A model generated the notes under the pieces. It did no database searches. It saw only the letters and a list, made by a program, of their open reading frames with translations, and was not told the origin of the DNA. Shown piece by piece: positions 26,204 to 37,840 of a stretch of 64,000 nt of DNA (position 1 is the first letter of the stretch; each line of letters begins with the position of its first letter). Source of the stretch: Octopus sinensis (taxonomy: Eukaryota); assembly GCF_006345805.1 (NCBI RefSeq), contig NC_042997.1:58838001-58902000 (forward strand), given 5' to 3'. Made by a program: the position numbers and the translations under genes.

Positions 26204-27757
26204 AAACGAGCCAGCGCGAGCGTGCGTGCGTTCATGAGTGTTCATAAATCAGATGAATGGCTTTCTTGCCTTCCTTTCAATACGGTCTTGAATATGTTGG
26301 TGCTATTGTTGCTTAGTTCGGGGTTTCATAAGCTGACAAATATTACACAAGTCTGCATTTTTAAATGAAGTAAATGATGATTGTCAACTTATACGTGATT
26401 GTGAACCATTTTTTAATGGTGATTTCAAATGTTTTTAGTTCTTGCCTTAAGCGTACAGATTTTGCACAAATGGCTGCCAAAGATAAGATGATTTTTTCCT
26501 GTCATTCATTCCTGTTTATGGGTGACTTTTAGATAAAAAATATGATGAAATTAAGAACAAATGACTTGAACAATAATGAACAAGATATGAATAGCATGTA
26601 GGCTTACACATTGACTAAAAATATTTTCTTAATACACTTACCATGGCTTTAAAGTAATTTTAATCCTTTTCAAACTTCCTTTGCTTTGGTTTCCTTCCAG
26701 CTTTTGGTAGTTGCCTGCAGTCTCTCTTTAGGGTCCAGCAGTAACCCGCCATCATGCTTACATTCCTCCATACACACCATTGGTACCTCCGCTTCATTTC
26801 TTTAATGTCCTGGTGAAATCTCTGACTGTGCTCTTCACTTAGATTACCAAGGTACTCAGGAAAATAATCGCGATGTGAGTGAAGAAAGTGCATTTTAACA
26901 TTCATGTTGCACCCAAGCTTTTTGAAGTTTTGCAAAAAGCTATCAACTGTGACTTTGTAATTTGAACACTTATTGTTTCCCAAAAAGTTCTCGACAACAT
27001 ACTTGAAGCTCAACCATACCTGCTTTTGAGACTTATTCCAATATTCCTGCTTTAAATTTCTCACTGGTTATATTTGGGAACTTTTTTGAGAGATACTGCA
27101 AACATGGCTCATCTGCAGACAAAGATTTAACGAACTGTTTCATCAAACTCAAATTGATGTGCAAAGGTGGTAGCAGTACCTTTGTGCCGAATGTTTTTTG
27201 ATCCTGTTAACAAACTTCTCCTTTGTGGCCAGTTTTTAACCATCCAGTGCTTTTCTTTAGCTCTGATGTCCCATTCCTATAAGAAACATGCATTTTTGTG
27301 TAGCCTGCCTGCTGGCTTAAAAGCATACCTATAATTTTGAAAATTCCCACACTTGCCAGTGGTATTCTGCATACTTTATATTTAACAAAAGTTCTTTTAC
27401 ATTTTCATGTTTCCTTTAGTTGTACAGAATTTTCCACTAGAATGGATGAATACTTATTTTCATTGTGTAGCAAGACAGCCTTCAAGCTTCTTTTGGAGGA
27501 ACCAATGAATAGCCTCCATTCTGAGAGATTGCTCTCGATCTCAAAATAGTTTAGCGAGTTTGGAATAGCATAGCAAAACACCAGATTCATCCCCAACAAA
27601 GAATGCTAACAACACGTGTTCTTTCATTTTTTTAACCTATAACCAAGAAGTCCCGCTGCATCCTTTGGTAGGTTCAAATCTCTCACCAAATCATTGAGCT
27701 CTTCCTGTGTGAATAACTGCAGACGTGCGATTTTCTCTTCTTCATTACTATCTGACG

Positions 27758-28902
27758 TGTAAAAACTAACAATTCCTTTGTATAAGCTTAGATTCGAAAC
27801 CCAATCTTAGGATTCTCGCTCGTCTGAGACACCACTGACCAAATAGGCGCGAAAGAATTTTCTTTGTCCTGTCAAAAAATGACAAATCGTCTCCCTTTGA
27901 CCTACGACCTCAGCCATGTCAGGCGAAGTTCAAATTGACAGGAGCTGACCTATTTAGACACAATCTCTCCTGCTGTATGCCTGTCTTTCTAGCTGTCACG
28001 GCTGTTATAAATACCGTGGTCAGCAAAGGGACAGACAGGAAGAACCTGGGACGAAGACGGACGCGCACGAGATAGCCGACCAGTATTTTCTCAGATGAAC
28101 GACGCACACACAGACACAAAACATATTCAGTTCTGCCACATCATATCACAGATGTATCCTGTTGTTTTTATTCTTCTCAACTCGTAGCAGTTGGCAACGA
28201 ATTAATGTAGTGAAAAATTGTTTGCACCAACAGCAAATGCAATTCCCGTATATAAATTATTTAAACTATAAATCGATGTCATTCAATTATCTATTTCGAA
28301 GGCATCCACATGCCTATCGCACCTGCTTACCTCAACACATTCTGATACACATCTTTAACCACTACATTTGGTGACCCCGTCAAATAATTGCAATCTTCCC
28401 TTGAACCAGCTTCACCAACTTAATTGCATTTAGAAAATTAAGACATTTCTTTTGTACTGTGGTTAAATTTTACATATCAGCACTACATTTGGTGATCCCG
28501 TCAAAGAATCACAGCTTTCACATCAACCGGCAATGAATTAGAACTGGAAAATTCCAGCGACTAATCGGCACATAATGGCTCTCCCAGAACAGAACCCAGC
28601 GGCGAACACATCCACGGTCGACATGGCATTCCAGGCAGCGATTCCTTCCGCCAATCCTTTCCTTTCGTCGTCCAGTGCTTCGGAACTTTCCGACTTGCGT
28701 GCATTGGTGACTCAGCGGGTGTCACAGATATAGGCCCTGACAGAGCAGATACAGGCCCTATCACTTGGTACAATACAAATCCTGTATATAAATTATTTAA
28801 ACTATAGAGCGATGTCATTCCATTATTTACTTCGAAGGCATCCACATGCCTATCGCATCTATTTACCCCAATACATTCTGATACACACCTTTAACCACTA
28901 CA
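27758..28902 (+). mobile_element. Internally deleted Gypsy-type LTR retroelement
   Basis: LTR TG...CA at 27758-28366 with TATAAATA at 28006; PBS TGGTGACCCCG at 28369 (complementary to the tRNA-Trp 3' end); partial second LTR about 28781-28902; 4-bp TSD GACG/GATG. Confidence 0.85.
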
Positions 28903-28914
28903 GATGTAACATTC

Positions 28915-29760
28915 GTTTGTTAATAACAAAATCAAAAAAGGAAAATACAGCAGCTATGATATTGTAGGTCTTTCCAGAATAGCGATACTCATATGATTGA
29001 TTTTTCAGATTGAACATATAGCCCGATGTTCCCCAATAAGAAAAATACTTGAGCGGGGAGGGAAGTCTAGTGGGGTGCATTTCTAGGGAGAGAATTATCT
29101 TAAAAACAAGGATTTTCAACATGGAGCATACGTTCCATCGGTGGGGTCTGGGAAAATTGTACTAAGACGTGGTACCGTAGTCGACAGACACAAGGTTTGC
29201 ATTAAAATGATTCATTTTCTTTTTCTTAGTAAATAATGTACATTTTTTATGTATTCTGTCTGTACTTAATGAAAGAGTTACTGGTTGATTCTTTTTATAT
29301 TAAATAATTATAAAATATCAAAACTAAAGTTGTTTTTTTCCAACCCCCGGTGGGGCATACATTTTTCTAGAAAGTTATTGTAGCGCCTGGGAGAAAATAA
29401 GTTGAGAACACTGATCTAAAACGTTTATTGCGGCATTTCAGAGATGCTAGGTGATTCAGTGAATCTTTTTGTGTGAGTGAGTGAGTGAGTAAGTGAGTGA
29501 GTGAGTGAGTGAGCGAGTGAGTGAGCGAGTGAGTGAGTGAGTGAGTTAGTGAATGAGTGAGTGAGTGAATGAGTGAGTGAGCGAGCGAGTGAGTGAGTGA
29601 GTGAGTGAGTGAGTGAATGAGTGAGTGAGTGAGTGAGTGAGTGAGTGAGTGAGTGAGTGAGTGAGTGTGTGTGTGAGTGAGTGAGTGAGTGAGTGAGTGA
29701 GTGAGTGAGTGAGTGAGTGAATGAGTGAGTGAGTGAGTGAGTGAGTGTGTGAGTGACTGA
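28915..29760 (+). repeat. Locally duplicated segment, copy 2
   Basis: Near-identical to 25451-26203, with a longer (GAGT)n tract. Confidence 0.9.
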
Positions 29761-30434
29761 GTGGTTACTTGGCTCTCACCACACCATTGGTATACCAAAG
29801 GGCATTTCTTTTGTCTTTCCAGAATCTCTTTCGTCTTTCCCTTCCACACAAGTGTGACATGCTTTGTGTGGAGCCCAAGGTTTGTCTTCATCACTAAGTT
29901 TAACACCAAAATAAGCGAAGTATAAATTTTTTACAAGATCAATCATATTTTATCTCTGCTTAATGACAACATATCTGCCACAAATGTAGCCGAATATGTC
30001 TGGCTTGTTCACGCACTTACGTCTATATGCACTCATTTTAAAGGGAGTTTATAAGTATCACCAACGACGCCTCTAAACTACTAAAACAACACTAAAGCAT
30101 CAGTTAGCAATTCTGTACACAGCTTTTCAAGGTCACGTCGTCTGTCAGAGTTGCCAACAACTGTTTAATAAACTTTATATTGGCTGCTAGTCAGCATTGT
30201 TTTATAACAATCTATTTTGTTGAGCAAAATAAATCAGATAATCACTGTCATCTGATTCTCCGATACATTAATACAGAAAAAATATATAGCTTTATTACAG
30301 AAAAACTAGACGTGATGGAGAAAAACTAATAACAGATTTGAAATCAGCGTAAAAAATTGCCTTAAAAAGTTATGTCGACATTTAAACATCAAAAATCATG
30401 CAGACTTGTTATTCTCTACCCAACAAAATGTATT

Positions 30435-30932
30435 ATCTTTTATCTTTTATTTGTTTCAGTCATTGAATTGTGGTCATGCTGGAGCTCAGTTATGGGAACG
30501 TAAACAAATCAACACCTGTTGTCAAGTGGTGGGGACAAACACACACACACACGCACACACACACACACATGTTGTAAGAAGTTTGCTTTCCAAACACATG
30601 GTTTTGGGATCAGTACCACTGCGTGACACCCTGGGCAAGTGCCTTCTACTATAGCCTCTGGCCGACCAAAGTCTTGTGAGTGTATTTGGTAGATGGAAGC
30701 TGAAAGAAACCCGACGTATATATATATATATATATTATATATATATATATGTGGTGTGTGTGTGTGTGTGTGTGTGTGTATTTGTGTGTCTGTGTTTGTC
30801 CCCCCACCTCGCTTGACAACCGATGTTGGCGTGTTTAGCGGTTCGGCAAAACAGACCGATAGAATAAGTACTAGGATCGTTTGTTCGACTAAAGGCGGTA
30901 CTCTAGCATAGCTACAGTCAAATGACTGAAAC
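30435..30932. mobile_element. Family A SINEs: minus-strand 3' piece (30435-30545) and plus-strand copy (30570-30932)
   Basis: Family motifs in opposite orientations around a (CA)n tract. Confidence 0.82.
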
Positions 30933-30972
30933 ATATATATGTGTAATAATATATGTGAAATAATATGTGTAA

Positions 30973-31006
<34 letters not shown>

Positions 31007-31022
31007 TATATGTATATATATG

Positions 31023-31114
<92 letters not shown>

Positions 31115-31117
31115 TTT

Positions 31118-31388
31118 CAAATAAGAAAATGGAGAAGCACATTAGTTGGTTCATCAACTTTAGGCTATTAAAATGTTGACTTATTTATGTATCAAAACGA
31201 CAACATAATAACATACATACATATAGTATATTATTCAATGCATATAAGATAAGAATACAATTAGCTATTAAAAAACATGAATATAAATTATTAAAATCAC
31301 TTACAGCTGTTTCAGCCAATGGATAATAGCAATTCATTGTGCCTATAGTTGATGAACCAACTAATGTGCTTCTCCATTTTCTTATTTG
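31118..31388. repeat. 48-bp inverted repeat enclosing a half hammerhead (Penelope pLTR-like)
   Basis: Arms 31118-31165 and 31341-31388 with one mismatch; minus strand has ggct-GAAA-cagctg-TA-agtg at 31298-31317. Confidence 0.75.
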
Positions 31389-31592
31389 CAATATAAATTA
31401 ATGGTAAAATATTTCTTTACTTTCACTCATTTAATACAATAAGTGAGTTTATTGCATTGCAATTAAAAACACTTGTGTCTTAATAATTGGGTATTATACC
31501 AACAGTATATTGGATAAGTATTATCCCTTAGTGGTTTGGATCCACAACCCCTAACTTACTTGGTGGTATGTATATATGTATATATATATATA

Positions 31593-31892
31593 CTCTGCGA
31601 TGACATCTCTCACGCCGGACTTCTTTCTGATACACGCAGCAAGTATAGATGGGCCGGACACGTCGCCCGGCTCACCGATAATCGGTGGACGCACGCAGTT
31701 ATCGAGTGGTACCCGCGTGAGCGGAAAAGACCACCCGGAAGACCTCCACGACAGTGGAGTTATGATTTCAGGAGGACGATTGGGATCACGTGGATGAGAA
31801 AGGCGCGATCCAGAGAGGAGTGGACAGCGTGCTGTGACCAGCGGTGTCAAATAGACGCCTGACGGACTGGTCGGTCAAAGTGAATTGAAGTG
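31593..31892 (+). mobile_element. 5'-truncated RTE-clade LINE 3' end
   Basis: Open frame KYRWAGHVARLTDNRWTHAVIEWYPRERKRPPGRPPRQW...WMRKARSREEW; inserted in (AT)n. Confidence 0.88.
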
Positions 31893-32042
31893 ATATATAT
31901 ATATATATATATATATAATAGTTAATCCAAACAAGAAAACACAAAAAAACACAACAACGCGAGGACGTGGAACAAATATAGTATTATTGGACATACATAC
32001 ATACATACATACATACATACACATACATACACACACACACAT

Positions 32043-32097
<55 letters not shown>

Positions 32098-32100
<3 letters not shown>

Positions 32101-32250
32101 CGAGCTTTTCTGTTTCCGTCTTCCAAATGTTTTGCTCTGCCCGACGCTATAGCAGATGACACAAAGTGGGACTGAACCAGAAGCTATGTGGTTTGGAAGT
32201 AAACTTCTTAACCACGCAACTACGTCTGCGTCTTTAACCACGCCTCGTGA
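32098..32250 (-). mobile_element. tRNA-SINE family A, 5' half
   Basis: gtgggactgaaccagaagctatgtggtttggaagtaaacttctt is the reverse complement of the head. Confidence 0.75.
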
Positions 32251-32857
32251 TTTTTATCTTTATTTTTTTTTTTTTGTATTTCTTTATTGAGAGAACTAAA
32301 TAGAATTTGCAGCCATATAATTCGTTTTTGGCATTATGCTAAAAAAGTTTAAAATTTTTTAAATCCTAATTTTATTAAATGACAATTTTTCCGCCCATTT
32401 TTAACAATTTTTACAGCTTCCTTTCCCATTGGAAAATACTAGTTTATTTCCCAGCTGAGACCAATCCGCCTTGCTTTCAGATATAGTGTTGCTAGGACTC
32501 TCTAGAATAATATCCTGTTATTCAACAAGATAATAGGATAATATCCAAATATGATCTTGTTAAGATAATAAGATAAGATGTGACTTAAGGGAGATTTGGT
32601 ATTAAGCGCGCTCATTTGTGTTGAATATCAATTATTGTGCAGACAATTTAATGAACTCAAAACACTGATGGCTGGAGAAAAGCTTGATTTCGAGGTGAGA
32701 AAGGGCATTTAGTGTTGGTATGTTTGTTATCGACACAGATGTAGACGCTAACTACTGCAGAATACTAATCAGCCTCTTTGTCAGCAGCGTCATTTCTTGA
32801 GAAATGTGTGAGTCAGGTATTGAATAAACTGGTGACTATGAATGCTGCTTGATTTGA

Positions 32858-32858
32858 G

Positions 32859-32917
<59 letters not shown>

Positions 32918-33030
32918 TTAGACAGATAGACAGATAGACGACAGACACAGAAAGAAAGAAACAAACAAACAAACAAACAAACAAAGAGAGAAAGAAAGAT
33001 AGAAAGAAATATAGAGAGGAAGAAAGAAAT

Positions 33031-33062
<32 letters not shown>

Positions 33063-33129
33063 GAAGAAACAAAGGAAGAAACAAACAAACAAACAATGAG
33101 AGAAAGAAAGATAGAAAGAAATATAGAAA

Positions 33130-33194
<65 letters not shown>

Positions 33195-33352
33195 GAAGAA
33201 AGAAAGAAAGAAAGGAAGAAAGAAACAAACAAACAAACAAACAAAGAGAGAAAGAAAGAGAGAAAGAGATATAGAAAGGAAGAAAGAAAGGAAGAAACAA
33301 ACAAACAAACAAACAAACAAACGAAAACAAACAGATAAATAAATAAATAGAT
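32858..33352. repeat. Compound (AG)/(AGAC)/(AAAG)/(AAAC) microsatellite
   Basis: Directly visible; contains higher-order internal duplications. Confidence 0.95.
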
Positions 33353-33901
33353 AAAGGAAAAGAAGTGAAATAATCATCTTCATTGCAGAACGTGAATTAA
33401 TCGGGAAAGATGATAGCAATTGGATTTCAAATAGCAATAGAAACAGCGTATAAACTCGGAGAAACTAGGCAGGGAGACGTTAAGCTAAAGCAAATGGAAG
33501 TCATTGTTGATCATCCAGATGAGAAAGACGAGGAGGTACGTGCAGGTTCTGTATACTTGTAGACACCACACCTGTGAGCATAGTTGCAATATAGCATTGG
33601 CAGCGGAGTTGGGTAGAGATAGATGATGAGACAACTGTGTCTCAGGTAGCAATATGAGGCGTGATTTTCATTGTCCTGTTGTTTAGCACCAAACAGCTAG
33701 TGATTGAACAGACATATAGTCAGAAGTAATTCAAGTATTGGCCATCCTGTCTTTTTGTATATTTCGGAATATGTTGGTTAATGTACTCTTCCTTTTAAGA
33801 AAGGTGGGGGGTGATTTGAAGCAGTTTGGCTGCTACTTCTAACTTGTCAAGTGACAACATGCAGGTTATTTCTTTGACTCGTTGGATTGGTATGTTATTA
33901 G

Positions 33902-34122
33902 GAGGCGAGCTGGCAGAAACGTTAGCACGCCGGGCGAAATGCGTAGCCGTATTTCGTATGCCGTTACGTTCTGAGTTCAAATTCCGCCGAGGTCGACTTT
34001 GCCTTTCATCCTTTCGGGGTCGATAAATTAAGAACCAGTTACGCACTGGGGTCGATGTAATCGACTTAATCCGTGTGTCTGTCCCCTCTGTGTTTAGCCC
34101 CTTGTGGGTAGTAAAGAAATAG
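33902..34122 (+). mobile_element. tRNA-SINE family B, well preserved
   Basis: Complete head, core and tail; CpGs largely retained. Confidence 0.92.
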
Positions 34123-34756
34123 GTATGTTATTAGGAGACGAATAGGAGGCCAGGACTGGCTGGGTACCAGAGCATTGAGTTCACAGTAAGGGGAAACAGT
34201 CATTAGGGGTCATTCGTTGGTAGTATATAGTAGGTATATGTGTGTGTGTGCGTGTGTGTATGTGTGTGCGTGTGTGTGTGTGCGTGTGTGTGTGTGCGTG
34301 TGTGTGTGTGTGTGTATGCGCGTGTGTAATTGCGTAGATGAAAGAGTATTATGCAGTGGATGCTTTCGTCTTTCTTATTTATCGTCATTGTTTATGTTTA
34401 AAGTAGATTGTTGGTAGAAAAAGTAAGAAACGATGACTCCTGAATTGCCATATCCCCGTGAGTAGCTCAGCTAGAATTCAATGACGGGGAAGGGGGGGTC
34501 TCTCGGAATTCTGTGCTCGTTGAGACATCATGTACGAATTTTGGAAGAACAGAGTAAGAGAATGAACTTATTCACAACAGGATTGGATGCCTGTTCTATC
34601 TAGTGGCAAATCTCAGCATTTGCCAACCCCATTCGTCCTCTCTGACAATCATTTTCATTGCATTAGCGAAATTACAGCCGCTATCTTCGAATCAAATGTA
34701 ACTCGAATGTTTACGACGGAATGAACTACAACTGATGGTATCCTAAGATTATGTAT

Positions 34757-35060
34757 GTGGAGATGCAATGACCCAGTGGTTAGGGCAACGGACTCGCAGT
34801 CGGAGGATCGCGGTTTCGATTCCCAGACCGGGCGTTGTGTGTGTTTATTGAGCGAAAATACCTAAAAGCTCCACGAGGCTCCAACAGGGGGTGGTGGCTA
34901 CCCCTGTTGTATTCTTTCGCCACAACTTTCTCCCATTTTCTCTTCCTGTTTCTTGAGTAACACTGCGATGGACTGGCGTCCCGTCCAGCTGGGAGGAACA
35001 CATACACCACAGAAACCGGGAAACCGGGTCCATGAGACTGGCTAGGCTTGAAAAGGGCGA
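34757..35060 (+). mobile_element. tRNA-SINE, family C-related subfamily
   Basis: gtggagatgcaatgacccagtggttagggc...ggtttcgattcc...ctgcgatggactggcgtcccgtccagctgggga. Confidence 0.88.
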
Positions 35061-36083
35061 AGTAGATTACATATGGTGTCAAACTGGGCAACGTATTAAA
35101 CATTCTTCAAATAAAATAACTGATCTCCATTACAAAGTTCTTTTAATTCGATCACCTGAAGGTTGCTACATATGATTTCTACAGTGAGAGTGTTGCATCC
35201 AACTAATTAAGTTCGGCAGTGTGCAGCGTTCAATTGGCTTAATCTGCTTAGCTATAAATCATACGTTAAGCTTAAATATCTCACTAATGTAAACAATGGT
35301 GGCTCTGTAAAATTAGGGAGTTTATAACTACCTAGATGTAGTTAGACATCACAAGGTGATAAAGCTCCTATTTGTATGCTGTAAAAGCTATGTAATATTA
35401 ACGAGTGTATTTGTTTGCTTGTTGGATTACAGTGCTGGAAAGACTTCAAAGGATATGCTTTTTGTATAGATGTATCGTATCAATCTCAATCGCCTAGATA
35501 TACAAGAGATTCTGGATATAATTTCATTACTTTTCCTTTGTCTTTTGTCTTTGCTTGTTCTTTACACAGTTCCCTGTGAAAAAAGATCTCTTTTACTGAT
35601 CAGAGGTTTTGCAGAGATCGAGTTAGTGTTGTTTTTAACAAAAAGAGGATGTTCTCATAGTTACGGAAATTGCGAAAAATTTCTGATTAGATACACAAAT
35701 ACTGGAACGTCCGATTCACTGCCCAAAAATTTGAAAATCCCATTAGTTGTGCAAAGAATGAAACTTCCGGTTAACTGTACAAATATTGAAACTTCCGGTT
35801 GTTTAAACAGAGATGTAAACTTCCGCTATATTACACTGAGAATAAAATCTTTCCGTTCCCAATACACAATGACATCTGTAAATATGATAAAACATACATG
35901 CGCATATAAATACGGGTAAACGCACACTTTTACAGATAACTTTACGTGAGCTTGTGTACGCGGATGCATATAAATGAAAATGGTGAAAGAAAAATATTCA
36001 GAAATATACACACGTATATACATATATGAATCATTGTGCGTATGTGTATGTAGGTATACATATAAGTGTGTATGTGTGTGTAC

Positions 36084-36156
<73 letters not shown>

Positions 36157-36376
36157 GAAAGAGAGAGAGAGAAAATCTAGGTTTACCTTTTTCATTATGT
36201 AGATTGATATGCAGAAGCGCCGAAGGATTAAAATTAGGACGTAATATTCATTAGTTACAAGATTCATAAGAATGTGGGTATATCAAGAAGTAGGAGTCCT
36301 TGACTGGCTAGGTACAGAAAGGTAAAACAACCAGTGGGTGTCATTTGTTGATATTATACAGTTGGTATGTATGTAA

Positions 36377-36410
<34 letters not shown>

Positions 36411-36483
36411 TACATACATATATATACGCATATCTATATGTATACATATATGTGTGTGTGTGTATGTTTTACATATACATATG

Positions 36484-36548
<65 letters not shown>

Positions 36549-36624
36549 AATATTAGGGAATAAATCCAAATTTACAGGGAAACATCAGATTTATAATTGA
36601 ATCCAATTTTATAGTAAAATATAA

Positions 36625-36918
36625 TATAATATTATTAGAGACAAAACCACTATTATGCAAATCAAACAAAGAAAGACTTAATCCAATACATAAAAAATTT
36701 TATATAAATTAAATATAATTAAGATTAATTAAGATATCCACTACGATCGTTTCTTGTCACTTCAATGGACATTCATCAGGTGGTTTTCAAGACCTTCTAT
36801 ACAATTTTGAACTATTAATCTTAATTATATTTAATTTATATAAAATTTTTTATGTATTGGATTAAGTCTTTCTTTGTTTGATTTGCATAATAGTGGTTTT
36901 GTCTCTAATAATATTATA
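36625..36918. repeat. Perfect 105-bp inverted repeat (Penelope pLTR-like)
   Basis: Arms 36625-36729 and 36814-36918 are exact reverse complements around an 84-nt spacer. Confidence 0.92.
36738..36783 (-). ncRNA. Minimal type-I hammerhead ribozyme
   Basis: ccac-CTGATGA-atgtc(cattgaagt)gacaa-GAAA-cgatcg-TA-gtgg: canonical core, palindromic stem III, GUA cleavage triplet. Confidence 0.8.
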
Positions 36919-37254
36919 TATATATATTATATATATATATATATATATAATATATATATGTATGTATGTATATATGGCTTGTTTCTTCGCGTTCGCCACC
37001 ACAACGTGGTTTAGGCTTACCAGCCCTTCCTATTTGTTTTCATTGTCATATTTTTGTCACCAATCTTGACCCTCCGCAAGATCGCAAATTTTATTTAATT
37101 TGCTTTGCGGGAGCAACTGTTTTATCGAAGGCGTATCTTGTCATGAACTGCTCGAAATACGGATTAGAAAAACACCCGACAACTGATGAAGGGTCGTTCC
37201 TTCTGTTGCTTGTCTTGTTTTCCATTTGTTTCTTCCGTTGCTTGCAATAAAGTC

Positions 37255-37840
37255 CCTATTCTCTGTTATTAGACCGGTTCCACACAGTGAGAGCCTCCTG
37301 TTCCTGTCTTCAATGTCTTGCCCCAGATAACTTTACCTCCAACCAAAGAAGATTCATCATCTGAAGATAACGCGAGAAATCAAGACTTTTCCGTTGAAAC
37401 TTTACCTCAGCTATTCTCCCAGGTAGAGCTGAATGATCTAATTCGTGACTCGAACCTTCCAAAAGATTCTGCAGAACTGTTGGCTTCCCGACTGAATGAG
37501 AAGAATCTTCTAGTGAACGGTGTCTGTATAACCTTTTATCAGAGTCAGCCTGAAAAGTTCCTTTCTTTCTTCACAAAAGAGCAATAGCTGGTTTACTACA
37601 GAGATGTCAGTGGACTTCTTAATAAACTTGGCAATTGACGAATACAAACCAGAGGAAAGCGTAGTTTAAATTGTGTATTGTTGCACAACGGAAATGTGTA
37701 TAGCTCTGTCTCACTCGGCCACTCAACAACTATGAAGGGAAAAATATGAAGAAATTAGGTTGGTTTTAGAGAAGATACTGTATCATAATCATAAATAAGT
37801 CATCTGCGTTGACTTAAAGATGGTGAATTTTCTCTTGAGC
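37255..37840 (+). mobile_element. Chapaev3-like transposase internal fragment
   Basis: SVIRPVPHSE, PQLFSQVELNDLIRDSNLPKDSAELLASRLNEKNLL, KRSLNCVLLHNGN and VICVDLKMVNFLL. Confidence 0.82.

Larger units (their letters stand above)
26346..30410 (-). mobile_element. CMC-Chapaev3-like DNA transposon fossil with nested insertions
   Basis: TIRs cacaagtctgcat (26346) and atgcagacttg (30398-30408), each next to TTA. Transposase pieces: MSAYRRKCVNKPDIFGYICG...YFGVKLSDEDKPWAPHKAC...MPFGIPMVW*EPSNH (30036-29761), ELNDLVRDLNLPKDAA, WRLFIGSSKRSLKAVLLHN and KMHFLHSH...RFHQDIKEM (to 26660). Confidence 0.85.

Noticed and set aside
25451-29760. The two long direct repeats as LTRs of one retrotransposon
   Set aside because: No TG...CA ends, PBS, PPT or TSD, and the enclosed DNA is a DNA-transposon fragment.
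35470-35919. 149-aa ORF
   Set aside because: No recognisable motif; runs through pyrimidine tracts and into a microsatellite.
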